The notes beneath the pieces were generated by a model, which saw nothing but the letters and a program-made list of their open reading frames with translations, had not been told where the DNA came from and made no database searches. DNA of 64,000 nucleotides, from positions 131,588-195,587 of the forward strand of contig JBKBJW010000001.1 in NCBI GenBank assembly GCA_046294385.1, in the 5' to 3' direction. Source of the stretch: Brevundimonas sp. (GTDB lineage Bacteria > Pseudomonadota > Alphaproteobacteria > Caulobacterales > Caulobacteraceae). A program made the position numbers and the translations under genes. This document shows positions 54,813-64,000 of this stretch, one piece after another (the stretch's first letter is position 1; every line of letters starts with the position of its first letter).

Positions 54813-57011
54813 ATGCTTTATCCGGTGATCATGTGTGGCGGTGCCGGAACCCGCCTGTGGCCCGCGTCCCGGCCTTCACGGCCCAAGCAGTTCATCCCCC
54901 TCGCCGGCAACCGCTCGCTGTTTCAAGACACGGTGCTGAGGGTTGCCGGTCTGGCCGAGGGCGGCGGTGCCCTGATCATCGTGGGCGGCATCGGCCACCG
55001 CGGCTGGATCGTCGAACAGCTGGAGGAGATCGGCGTCGAGGCCCAGGTGCTGCTTGAGCCCGAGGCCCGCGATTCCGCCGCCGCCATGGCCGCCGCCGCC
55101 GTATGGACCGCGCGCCGCGATCCGGACGGGATCAATGCCTTCGTCGCCTCTGATCACCATATCCCTGACGACGCGGCCTTCCGCGCCGCCGTGCGCACGG
55201 CCGCGGATGAGGCCGCCCGCGACCGCATTGTAACCCTGGGCGTCAAACCCACCGAGCCGACCTCGGCCTACGGCTACATTCGGCCTGAGGGCGATGGCCT
55301 GGCCCCCGTCGGTGCCTTCGTCGAGAAACCCGACGCCGAAACCGCCGCCCTCCACGTCGCCGCCGGCTATCTGTGGAACAGCGGCAACTTCATCACGCGG
55401 GCCGCGACCCTGCTCGACGAGCTTCGCACCCATGCCCCGGCGGTCGAGGCCGCCGCCCGCTCCGCCCTGCCGGATGACGCCCGCTCGATCATCACCCTTG
55501 GCTCGGCCTTCAGCGCCGCACCGAAGATCTCCATCGACTATGCGGTGATGGAGAACACGCGCCGGGCGTCGGTCCTGCCGGTCGATTTCGCATGGTCTGA
55601 CCTCGGCGCCTGGGACGCCATCCGCGACAGCGGCGAGGGCGACTTCGGGATCCACATCCTCGAGGACGCCGACGGCTGTCTGGTGCGCGCGCCGGAGGGG
55701 GTGATCGTCGCCGCCCTGGGGGTTCACAACCTCGCCATCGTTGCCGAACGGGACGCCATCCTGGTCTGTGACATCAGCCGCGCCCAGGAGGTCAAGCGGG
55801 TGGTGGATCGTATCCGAACCACCGCGCCGCAGCACCTCGACTTTGCCGCCCCGCCGCCGGAAACGCTGGAAGCCGGAGCGATGCGGCTGGCGGAGTGGAT
55901 GCGACTGCGCGCCCTGCCCCTGTGGGCCACGCTGGGCCAGTCGGCCGGCGGCGCGTTCGCCGAGGCCATGACGGTGGACGGCCGCGCCTTCGCCAGCGTC
56001 CGCCATCTGCGGGTTCAGGCGCGCCAGATCCAGACCTTTGCCGAGGCCGGACGGTTGGGCTGGGCCGGCCCGTGGCGGCGTGCCGTAAACCTGGGGCTCA
56101 GCCGCCTGTTCGCAGACTATCAGCGGCCCGACGGCTGGCTCCGCGCCCGCCTTGCGGCTGACGGCTCGCCGCTGGGGGATGAGGTGCTGATCAGGGATCA
56201 GGCCATGGTCCTGACCGCCCTGGCCGCCGCCCGCGCGGCCGGCGCCGACCACGACGATCTGGAGGTTCGCGCTGCCGTCCTGCGCGATCATCTCACCGCC
56301 CGCGCCCTGGACAATGGCGCAATGGAAGAGGCCGGCGACCAGCCGCATCAGGCCGGGGTCCACATGCGGTTGCTGGAGGCCGCCCTGGCCTGGGAGGGTG
56401 TCAGCGACGACCCGGTCTGGGCCGCCATGACCGACCGCCTGACCGCCCTGGCAGCCTCGACGCTGATTGATCCCGCCGGATTGGTGCGCGAGCATTTCAC
56501 CGCCGCCTGGGTGCCTGCGGGCGACGGGCTGGTCGAACCGGGCCGTCAGTTTGAATGGGCGTGGCTGCTGGCCCGGGCCGCGAACCGCCGCAAGGACGAC
56601 ACCCTGCGCACGGCAGCCCAGCGTCTGAACGATCGAGGCCGCGAGGGTGTCTCGGAGGGCCGCCAGTTGGTGATCGAGGCGCTGGACGCGTCGTCCGGCA
56701 CTGTGCGCAGCTCGCGCCCGCGCCTGCGGCCCCAGACCGAATGGCTGAAGGCGGCTCTGGTCTTGTCCGGGTCCGCAGCGGACGGTGCCCGCGCAGCCCT
56801 GCTATCGGACGCCGCTTCGGCCCAGCGGGCTGTCTGGTCTTTCCTGACCGCCGACGGCCTGTGGCGCGACAAGATGACGACCGACGGCGGCTTCATCGAC
56901 GAGCCGGCCCCCGCCGGGTCTCTGCACCACCTGATGGCCGTTCTGGACCAGGTCGCTGCCACCGCCGGCAATGGCGGCCTGCGGGGCGGCGGACTTTTAC
57001 CCCTGGCCTGA
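54813..57011 (+). CDS. manC: Mannose-1-phosphate guanylyltransferase fused to an AGE-family epimerase/isomerase domain
   Basis: 'PVIMCGGAGTRLWPASR...PKQF', 'FVEKP', 'ISIDYAVME' and 'WSDLGAW'; C-half 'RVQARQ', 'FEWAWLL' and 'PQTE'. Confidence 0.85.
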   Translation: MLYPVIMCGGAGTRLWPASRPSRPKQFIPLAGNRSLFQDTVLRVAGLAEGGGALIIVGGIGHRGWIVEQLEEIGVEAQVLLEPEARDSAAAMAAAAVWTARRDPDGINAFVASDHHIPDDAAFRAAVRTAADEAARDRIVTLGVKPTEPTSAYGYIRPEGDGLAPVGAFVEKPDAETAALHVAAGYLWNSGNFITRAATLLDELRTHAPAVEAAARSALPDDARSIITLGSAFSAAPKISIDYAVMENTRRASVLPVDFAWSDLGAWDAIRDSGEGDFGIHILEDADGCLVRAPEGVIVAALGVHNLAIVAERDAILVCDISRAQEVKRVVDRIRTTAPQHLDFAAPPPETLEAGAMRLAEWMRLRALPLWATLGQSAGGAFAEAMTVDGRAFASVRHLRVQARQIQTFAEAGRLGWAGPWRRAVNLGLSRLFADYQRPDGWLRARLAADGSPLGDEVLIRDQAMVLTALAAARAAGADHDDLEVRAAVLRDHLTARALDNGAMEEAGDQPHQAGVHMRLLEAALAWEGVSDDPVWAAMTDRLTALAASTLIDPAGLVREHFTAAWVPAGDGLVEPGRQFEWAWLLARAANRRKDDTLRTAAQRLNDRGREGVSEGRQLVIEALDASSGTVRSSRPRLRPQTEWLKAALVLSGSAADGARAALLSDAASAQRAVWSFLTADGLWRDKMTTDGGFIDEPAPAGSLHHLMAVLDQVAATAGNGGLRGGGLLPLA

Positions 57012-57342
57012 AACCCCCGACGGAACCTGATCGTATCTGCCGCGTTAGGTTGGCTCGACACGTGCGGGCAATGGTCCGGGGGGACGCGGAAAGCCATGGA
57101 AAATAGACGTTTTTTGCCGCGCCTCCCGTGGATGGGAAACGCGGCGTTTTCCGCGGAATGTGGCGCCGAAGCGGCAGGATTGGGCTTCCCATGCGTGGAC
57201 TTTGCTTTTTTGCATGTGCTAACGAGCCGCTGTCTTCGTGTTCAGTGGGGACAGTCGTGTCGTTCGAGCGAGGGGAGGTCGTCCAGTGTTTGACAGCTTG
57301 CCATCCAGAGCCGTTCACGACGCCGCCCCGGGGACTTTTCCG

Positions 57343-57972
57343 ATGACGGACGAGTTCAAGGTCTTTCCTGGCCGCGGGATTGTGCATCGCGCCGCCAAGC
57401 GAATGCTCGACGTTGTGGTCGCGACGACTGCGCTGGTTATTCTCATTCCTGCCTTTGTTGTCATTGCGCTTCTGGTTCGACTGGACTCGCCCGGCCCCAT
57501 ACTGTTCCGCCAGCGCCGCACCGGTCTGAACGGTCGCATCTTCCGCATCCTGAAGTTCCGCACCATGTCGGTGATCGAGGACGGCCACGCCATCAGCCAC
57601 GCGACGCGCAACGACCCACGTGTGACGCGCATCGGCGACTTTCTGCGCAAGTCCAGTCTTGATGAGATGCCCCAACTGATAAACGTCATCCTGGGGCATA
57701 TGTCGCTGGTCGGGCCGCGCCCGCACGCCCTGGCGCATGACGCACAGTACGGTGCCCTCCTACCCCAATACGTTCAGCGTTTCGCTGTCCGTCCGGGCCT
57801 GACTGGTCTGGCCCAGGTCAAGGGATTCCGCGGTGAAATCCATCAGCTGGACTGCATGGAACAGCGCGTTAATGCCGACGTCGAATATGTGAAGACCTGG
57901 TCGATCCTCAGCGACATCGTGATCCTGTTCCAGACCGTTCCGTTGATCCTGCGGCGGGTGAACGCCTACTGA
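57343..57972 (+). CDS. Priming sugar-phosphate transferase (Bac_transf)
   Basis: 'KFRTM', 'DPRVTRIG', 'SLDEMPQL', 'MSLVGPRP' and 'PGLTGLAQV'. Confidence 0.92.
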   Translation: MTDEFKVFPGRGIVHRAAKRMLDVVVATTALVILIPAFVVIALLVRLDSPGPILFRQRRTGLNGRIFRILKFRTMSVIEDGHAISHATRNDPRVTRIGDFLRKSSLDEMPQLINVILGHMSLVGPRPHALAHDAQYGALLPQYVQRFAVRPGLTGLAQVKGFRGEIHQLDCMEQRVNADVEYVKTWSILSDIVILFQTVPLILRRVNAY

Positions 57973-58087
57973 TCCATCGGATCACGCCGGGCGCTCGGGG
58001 GGCGTCAGGTTTCGTCGGGGGCGTTCAGGCATTCGTCTTCGGCATATCTTGAATGCGGCGCGCCCCGCGCCCAGCCCTTGGAAGCGA

Positions 58088-59164
58088 ATGTCGAGCAACG
58101 GAAACAGCAAGGTCGCCCTGATCACCGGCGTCACCGGTCAGGACGGCGCCTATCTATCGGAACTGCTACTGTCGAAAGGCTACACAGTCCACGGGGTGAA
58201 GCGCCGCTCGTCGTCGTTCAACACCGGACGGATCGAGCACCTGTATCAGGACCCGCACGAGGCCTATCCGCGCTTCATCCTGCACTATGGTGACATGACC
58301 GACGCCACCAACCTGATCCGGCTGGTGCAGCAGGTTCAGCCCGACGAGATCTATAACCTCGCAGCTCAAAGCCACGTGCAGGTGTCGTTCGAGACGCCGG
58401 AATACACCGCCAACGCCGACGGCGTCGGTGCCCTGCGCCTGCTGGAGGCGATCCGCATCCTGGGGCTGGAGAAGAAGACCCGGTTCTATCAGGCCTCAAC
58501 GTCAGAGCTTTACGGCCTGGTGCAGGAGGTGCCGCAGAGCGAGACCACGCCGTTTTATCCACGCAGCCCGTATGCCGCCGCCAAGCTGTATGCTTACTGG
58601 ATCGTGGTGAACTACCGCGAAGCCTATGGCATGCATGCCTCGAACGGCATCCTGTTCAATCACGAAAGCCCGCTGCGTGGCGAGACCTTCGTCACTCGCA
58701 AGATCACCCGTGCCGTCGCCGCCATCCACCACGGATTCCAGGAACGGCTCTACCTCGGCAACCTTGATGCCAAGCGCGACTGGGGCCATGCCCGCGAATA
58801 CGTGCGCGGCATGTGGTTGATGATGCAGCAGGAGGTGGCCGACGATTATGTGTTGGCCACAGGTGAGACAACCATGGTCCGCGACTTCGTGTCCAAAGCC
58901 TTTGCCGAAACCGGCGTGACCATCCGCTGGGAAGGTCAGGGTGTGGACGAGAAGGGTTATGACGCCGCCACCGGCCGCCTGAGGGTCGAGGTTGATCCCC
59001 GATATTTCCGCCCCACCGAGGTCGACCTGCTGATCGGCGATCCGACCAAGGCGCGCGAAAAGCTCGGGTGGTCGCACGAGACCAAATGGGAGGCCCTGTG
59101 CGCCGAGATGGTCGCGGCGGACCTGATCGCCTTAGCCCACGAGAGACGGGGTCATGGCGAGTGA
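58088..59164 (+). CDS. gmd: GDP-mannose 4,6-dehydratase
   Basis: '[14 protein letters not shown]', '[10 protein letters not shown]' and 'PRSPYAAAK'. Confidence 0.97.
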   Translation: MSSNGNSKVALITGVTGQDGAYLSELLLSKGYTVHGVKRRSSSFNTGRIEHLYQDPHEAYPRFILHYGDMTDATNLIRLVQQVQPDEIYNLAAQSHVQVSFETPEYTANADGVGALRLLEAIRILGLEKKTRFYQASTSELYGLVQEVPQSETTPFYPRSPYAAAKLYAYWIVVNYREAYGMHASNGILFNHESPLRGETFVTRKITRAVAAIHHGFQERLYLGNLDAKRDWGHAREYVRGMWLMMQQEVADDYVLATGETTMVRDFVSKAFAETGVTIRWEGQGVDEKGYDAATGRLRVEVDPRYFRPTEVDLLIGDPTKAREKLGWSHETKWEALCAEMVAADLIALAHERRGHGE

Positions 59165-60134
59165 TTTGACGGCCGTGCGCTTTGCATTGGCCAAGAAGCG
59201 CGTCTGGGTCGCGGGCCACCGTGGCATGGTCGGCTCGGCCATCGTGCGCCGATTGGCGTCCGAGGACTGCGAAATCGTCACGGCGGACCGCGCCACGGTC
59301 GACCTTAAGTCCCCGGATCAGGTCAGCGCCTTCGTCGCGGACCTCCGGCCCGACGCCATCTTTATGGCGGCGGCCAAGGTCGGTGGCATCCTCGCCAATG
59401 ACACCCAGCCCGCCGACTTTCTCTACGACAATCTCATGATTGCGGCGAACGTAACCGAGGCGGCGTATCGGAACGGCGTCGGCAAGATGCTGTTCCTCGG
59501 CTCCAGCTGCATCTACCCGCGTATGGCTCCCCAGCCAATCCCCGAGGACGCGCTGCTGACCGGCCCGCTGGAGCCGACCAACGAATGGTATGCGATCGCC
59601 AAGATCGCCGGCATCAAGCTGGCCCAGGCCTACCGCAAGCAGCACGGGTGCGACTTTATCAGCGCCATGCCGACCAACCTCTATGGGCCCGGCGACAATT
59701 TCGACCTGAGCTCCAGCCACGTCCTGCCGGCCCTGATCCGCAAGGCGCATGAGGCAAAGCGGTCTGGCGACGACCACATCACCATCTGGGGCAGCGGCGC
59801 GCCGATGCGCGAGTTCCTGCACGCCGACGATTGTGCCGACGCCTGCGTGTTCCTGATGAAGAGCTATTCGGACGCAGAGCACGTCAATGTCGGCTCAGGC
59901 AAGGACATCGCCATCATCGATCTGGCACGGCTAGTCTGTGATGTCGTGGGCTTTGAGGGCGAAATCCTGACCGACCCGACAAAACCGGATGGCACGCCCC
60001 GAAAATTGATGAGCGGCAACAAATTGAGACGGCTTGGTTGGCAACCCTCGCAAACTCTCCGAGAGGGCATAACCCAAACCTACTTAGGCTGGCTAGCCGA
60101 CCTGGGTCGCGGACGGAGCGCGAGCGCAGATTGA
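59154..60134 (+). CDS. fcl: GDP-L-fucose synthase
   Basis: '[10 protein letters not shown]', 'FLGSSCIYP', 'YAIAKIAG' and 'KPDGTPRK'. Confidence 0.95.
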   Translation: MASDLTAVRFALAKKRVWVAGHRGMVGSAIVRRLASEDCEIVTADRATVDLKSPDQVSAFVADLRPDAIFMAAAKVGGILANDTQPADFLYDNLMIAANVTEAAYRNGVGKMLFLGSSCIYPRMAPQPIPEDALLTGPLEPTNEWYAIAKIAGIKLAQAYRKQHGCDFISAMPTNLYGPGDNFDLSSSHVLPALIRKAHEAKRSGDDHITIWGSGAPMREFLHADDCADACVFLMKSYSDAEHVNVGSGKDIAIIDLARLVCDVVGFEGEILTDPTKPDGTPRKLMSGNKLRRLGWQPSQTLREGITQTYLGWLADLGRGRSASAD

Positions 60135-61475
60135 GTCCTGACGATTCATTCGTTCAACAGTCATAACTGCGGCCGCCCACAGTAAAAAGAAATACCAAAT
60201 TCTAAACGTGACGCTACCTCCGACATTTTGTGCGGCCAACGCCAAAGCGAGGAACGGGAACACCGTATTGATGAGGCCGATATTCTTCAGGCACATGTTT
60301 AACAAATATACAACAACCGCCCCACCAAACAAACCAAGGAACATCCAATATTCCCAAAAGGCGTTTGAAATAGTCTTACGCATGTCATCCGAATTTGACT
60401 CCGTCATGGCCAGCCCCCAAGACGACAAGTCTGCATAGGCCATTTCTCTGTAGGCAAGCAGAGCATCAAATCCTCCGATGCCAACGCCGAACCAAGGCCT
60501 CTCGCTAATCACGGCTCGTGCCAACTCAAAGGGCCCCGTCATACGAATAAAAAAGCTGGTCCCAAGAACGATTCGATCAAACTGCCCGCCCGTCAATTGA
60601 TTCAACACATCGATTACAATAGGCGCGCCCACAACGAATGCCAGTATAGCAATAACAACAAATCTCCTGAACATATCAAATGCTCCGGCGGCGTTTCTAA
60701 CTAATAGCTCACCAGCAAGACCAGCGACTCCAAAGAAGAGAATAGTCGGCGATCGAACAATCACCAAGCCGACCGCCACCCCCACAGCAAGCAGCCCCAC
60801 TCGAATCCACGCCTTCGATTGACTGGTAGTTAGGGACCACATTGTGAGGGCGAAGCCGGCGTTAATTCCAACCAATGAAGGCTCGCGCCCGAATAGGCGC
60901 GGTCGTACGGCTCCATACAGGGTCAAATCCCGCACATCGGCGGCGTAGAGCGTCGTCTCCGGATAGAAAACCGCTCGCGCTGCGTCGGAGATCCCTCGAA
61001 ACCACGAGAGCTGGCTCTCCGCCACAGAACCGACAATGAGGACAACAAAAAGCCAGCCGAAGAACCGCGCGAGAAAACTTCGCCCTAGCGCGGCAGCACT
61101 CAAAAATGCTCCATAAGCCGAAAACAGAGCAGCCGAAATCTGGAATGTCGACCTTAAGCGCTTCACGAACAGATCGTCCTGGGTAGACGTCAATACTACG
61201 CTCGCAAGAAGAACGCCCACTATGATCATAAGTATCTGGAAGTAGGCCGGTCGAATCCGCCACCTATTCAGCACAATCAAAAGTGTACCCGTCAGGAACG
61301 AACCCACATTCGGGAACAAAAGAATAGTGCCACCGCCCGTGGAAGCCGAAATCTCAAGATAATAGAGAACAAAAGTCAGAATAAATAGGGCCTTCTGTAA
61401 GAATAGGCCCCATCTCTCTGACCCGGCATGGCGCCCAAACGCCAATCCGCCCAACACCGTGGAAGTGTCAGTCAT
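60093..61475 (-). CDS. Polysaccharide polymerase (Wzy)/O-antigen ligase-like membrane protein
   Basis: About 11 TMs; 'R..G..xEPS', 'S..IR' and 'PWFGVGIG' motifs; low GC. Confidence 0.65.
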   Translation of the reverse strand: MTDTSTVLGGLAFGRHAGSERWGLFLQKALFILTFVLYYLEISASTGGGTILLFPNVGSFLTGTLLIVLNRWRIRPAYFQILMIIVGVLLASVVLTSTQDDLFVKRLRSTFQISAALFSAYGAFLSAAALGRSFLARFFGWLFVVLIVGSVAESQLSWFRGISDAARAVFYPETTLYAADVRDLTLYGAVRPRLFGREPSLVGINAGFALTMWSLTTSQSKAWIRVGLLAVGVAVGLVIVRSPTILFFGVAGLAGELLVRNAAGAFDMFRRFVVIAILAFVVGAPIVIDVLNQLTGGQFDRIVLGTSFFIRMTGPFELARAVISERPWFGVGIGGFDALLAYREMAYADLSSWGLAMTESNSDDMRKTISNAFWEYWMFLGLFGGAVVVYLLNMCLKNIGLINTVFPFLALALAAQNVGGSVTFRIWYFFLLWAAAVMTVERMNRQDSICARAPSATQVG

Positions 61476-61556
61476 CTTATTCAAATCCCGAGATAATAAA
61501 TGGACAGCATTTGCTTCGAGGTCCGGATCAGGGAAAAAAGCGCCAATTTATCGCCA

Positions 61557-62813
61557 TCATTTGCGACTGCTGTTAAGTGCATGGAAAAACGACCATACAT
61601 AGCAAGCCGCGCTGATACAGAAGATTCCTGCATACCCGACGAGGAATGCCGAGCCCCCCAGGGAAAACACGGCAACTGCTGCGTACAACGCAACCAGCGC
61701 CCACACCGAAAACATTGATATGGGCAGAGCTCTTGCCACTTGTCCGGTGCTCAATAAAAAATTGCCGATCAGCGTCTGCGCCATGAGAGCGGAAAGAGTC
61801 AAACATATGGATAGGACGGCCCACAGGGTCACTGACAAGCCACTGACGAGAAACTCCAGCACAGCCCCATTGTCCGCCGCCACCACCAGGCAACCTCCAA
61901 TCACCACTGGCAAGCAAGCTCCTGCCGACGCCCACATAATGCCGCGAACCTTGGCGCGAGCACCCGAATTGTTGGCCTCCGATAGCCGCGGCATGGCGCT
62001 TTCTGACACGGCTAGGTAGGCGGCAGCGCCAAATCGAGAAACCCGGGCGAAAACGTCAAAAAGGATAACTTCTGCGCCGACCCCAAAGACGATAGGGATA
62101 AGAAAATACGGCGAGTTATACAGGGCGCTCTCATTGAGCGAGAACCAAATATTTCCCCCAATACTCTTCGAGTCCCGCGCAAAGACTCCTCTAATACCAC
62201 TATCTTTTAAATATCTCACCCCCGAAATGAAAGTGGATTTGGCCATAAACAACGCCACCACCACAACCATAACTGTAATTAGCAGATAACATATTGCATA
62301 AACTTTGAGCGACGCGCCACCCAATACAGTCAATACCAAACCAAGTGAAATGGACCGCCTTACCGTCTCTGCGGACTCAAACTCCCAGTATCTGTCAATA
62401 GATGAGCAAATAGCCTTCAAAACCATAAGGGGCAAATTAAGAGCCATGCCCGCAAATAATATCAAAAGATCAATAGCGAACTTAACACCCAAACCGGAAA
62501 ACAATATAATCCAGAGTGAGAATGCAAGTGTCGCGATAACGGCGGCAGCCGAGAATATCGAACTCACACAAACTGCCAACGCTCCGCCCGATTCCCCCGC
62601 TTTAACGAGATATTCTTCCCGAACTCTCGAATAGACCAAGGCAGGCAAACCCAGATTTGCCGACATCACGTAGGCACCAAGCCCCGAAACTAATGCGACA
62701 TAGGCATAGTCAGCCATGCCAAGCGCGCGGCTGAGAACTGCGACAAAAGAAAAGCTCCAGCCCACAGAAAGAGCCAGATTGAAAGCCTTAAGGGTAGCCA
62801 GGCGAAAGTTCAT
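61557..62813 (-). CDS. Polysaccharide flippase (Wzx)-like membrane protein
   Basis: 418 aa, about 12 TMs, 'SRALGMADYA...NLG' N-terminal pattern; low GC. Confidence 0.65.
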   Translation of the reverse strand: MNFRLATLKAFNLALSVGWSFSFVAVLSRALGMADYAYVALVSGLGAYVMSANLGLPALVYSRVREEYLVKAGESGGALAVCVSSIFSAAAVIATLAFSLWIILFSGLGVKFAIDLLILFAGMALNLPLMVLKAICSSIDRYWEFESAETVRRSISLGLVLTVLGGASLKVYAICYLLITVMVVVVALFMAKSTFISGVRYLKDSGIRGVFARDSKSIGGNIWFSLNESALYNSPYFLIPIVFGVGAEVILFDVFARVSRFGAAAYLAVSESAMPRLSEANNSGARAKVRGIMWASAGACLPVVIGGCLVVAADNGAVLEFLVSGLSVTLWAVLSICLTLSALMAQTLIGNFLLSTGQVARALPISMFSVWALVALYAAVAVFSLGGSAFLVGYAGIFCISAACYVWSFFHALNSSRK

Positions 62814-63937
62814 CGCCTACCAACACCGACATTGAAGGCGTGGATCAGTCCTGCCATCGCCATTCGCGCCCACTCTATAGTGCGTAGCAATATGAACATT
62901 GACCCTTCGTACAAAACGCGCCTCGCGCGAAGCTTGTTCGTCTGACTTACAGCCCGCGCATCGACAGCGAGCTCAGCGACGAAACCGAGCGCCGCGCCGC
63001 GTGCGCACCACTCCACATCTTCGCCCTCACCCCACGCAATCTTGTCGGACAGTGGCAACGTCTCGTGGACTCTCTTCATGACGAAGAACCCGCCCCCGTC
63101 AACGTATGGTGGGCCGTGCCGGTACAGATCAAGAAGATCCGAAGAACGGGTGTTGCGAGTAGAACGCGGTGCCCTTGTTGGCATAACCCCCAGAATTCCT
63201 GAATCGCTAAAACAAAGCGATAGATATGGACGCCTCGCCCCAAACTCCACAACCTCAACATTCGGCGCCATTATATCGAACTCATTCGGGACCCTGCTAA
63301 GTGCATTATCGTCGAGGACTAGCCGCGCATGAAGCACAGCGACCCGGTTGGCTTTCAACGCCGATATCAGGAAATTCTTTTTTCTCCCGACAAGAAACCG
63401 TCCGTCCGCATCGCGCTCGTCGTATTCTAGGTACTTTAGCCTCGGCCGAGACCGGAACAGCCCTTCCCCGCCCTTAGGGCCGCAGATCGCTATAGCTCCG
63501 GGGTAGTCGAGCTCTGGCTGGCGCTCCAGGCCATCCAGGCAACGCTCGACCAAAACCACTTCGGCAGGGTTTCCGGAAAACATCACGCCGGCCGCCCAAC
63601 CCGGCGGACATGGATCTGAAAGTCGCTCCAGGGCAAACTCGCCATGACCGACGCGTCGAAGAACGAAGTCTTCCCCAGCAACGCGCGTGGCCCATTGAAT
63701 CAGGGTTTCGAAGCTGACGGAAAACGGCGAAGCAACGACATTACGAGACCCTTCATCGCGTACAGACAGCCGCCCCCCTTTTCCAAGCGCAAAATATGAT
63801 GCCCGAACGGCCAAGGGAAACAGGCCTCGATATTTAAAAGGCCCAGAGTCAAGTATGATTTCGCTCAGCCCAGTAAACTTTCTCAAAAGCAAAAGTTGGC
63901 GTCTACTATTGAGAACGAATGTATCTCTCTCTTTCAT
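62810..63937 (-). CDS. Hypothetical protein, possible divergent GT-A glycosyltransferase
   Basis: 'KKN', 'VLH' and 'GGGFF..KR...WGEGEDVEW' resemble GT2 motifs; ATGA overlap with the wzx-like gene. Confidence 0.5.
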   Translation of the reverse strand: MKERDTFVLNSRRQLLLLRKFTGLSEIILDSGPFKYRGLFPLAVRASYFALGKGGRLSVRDEGSRNVVASPFSVSFETLIQWATRVAGEDFVLRRVGHGEFALERLSDPCPPGWAAGVMFSGNPAEVVLVERCLDGLERQPELDYPGAIAICGPKGGEGLFRSRPRLKYLEYDERDADGRFLVGRKKNFLISALKANRVAVLHARLVLDDNALSRVPNEFDIMAPNVEVVEFGARRPYLSLCFSDSGILGVMPTRAPRSTRNTRSSDLLDLYRHGPPYVDGGGFFVMKRVHETLPLSDKIAWGEGEDVEWCARGAALGFVAELAVDARAVSQTNKLRARRVLYEGSMFILLRTIEWARMAMAGLIHAFNVGVGRR

Positions 63938-63940
63938 AGG

Positions 63941-64000
63941 TCAACTATCGGGAGACCAGAGGGGTCCTTCAACAGATCCTCATATTCGTCTGGAACTCCA
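63941..64000 (-). CDS. 3' end of an upstream ORF (partial)
   Basis: Open frame ...GVPDEYEDLLKDPSGLPIV* ending 3 bp before the next start. Confidence 0.4.

Noticed and set aside
1-64000. tRNA, rRNA, tmRNA or IS transposase genes
   Set aside because: No cloverleaf/T-loop signature, rRNA-like stretch or DDE transposase ORF was seen.

Overview
GC-rich alphaproteobacterial chromosome segment, most consistent with Caulobacteraceae (Brevundimonas-like). The core backbone carries cell-cycle and motility genes (fliI-fliJ, ctrA, divJ, chpT, cheY/cheR-like), a gafY/gafZ-like GTA-activator pair divergent from ctrA, prfC, recA with LexA boxes, alaS, a helicase-hsp15-fdxA-carD run and rpmB. Three accessory regions interrupt it. 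(1) About 13.0-21.4 kb holds a BlaI/BlaR1(M56)/S41 module containing a duplication-born chimeric secreted protein, followed by an array of unrelated, apparently promoterless genes. Each gene is bounded by a co-oriented 24-bp repeat GTCCGCT-N10-AGCGGAC. This cassette-like array has no attC consensus and no adjacent integrase, and is the most interesting feature of the window. (2) About 50.8-54.7 kb holds a DUF3489-orf-DUF2924-large serine recombinase module. (3) From 54.8 kb to the window end lies a polysaccharide locus (manC-AGE fusion, priming transferase, gmd, fcl) abutting a low-GC wzy/wzx/GT block. No tRNA, rRNA or CRISPR array was seen. All calls are by eye; no database searches were run.
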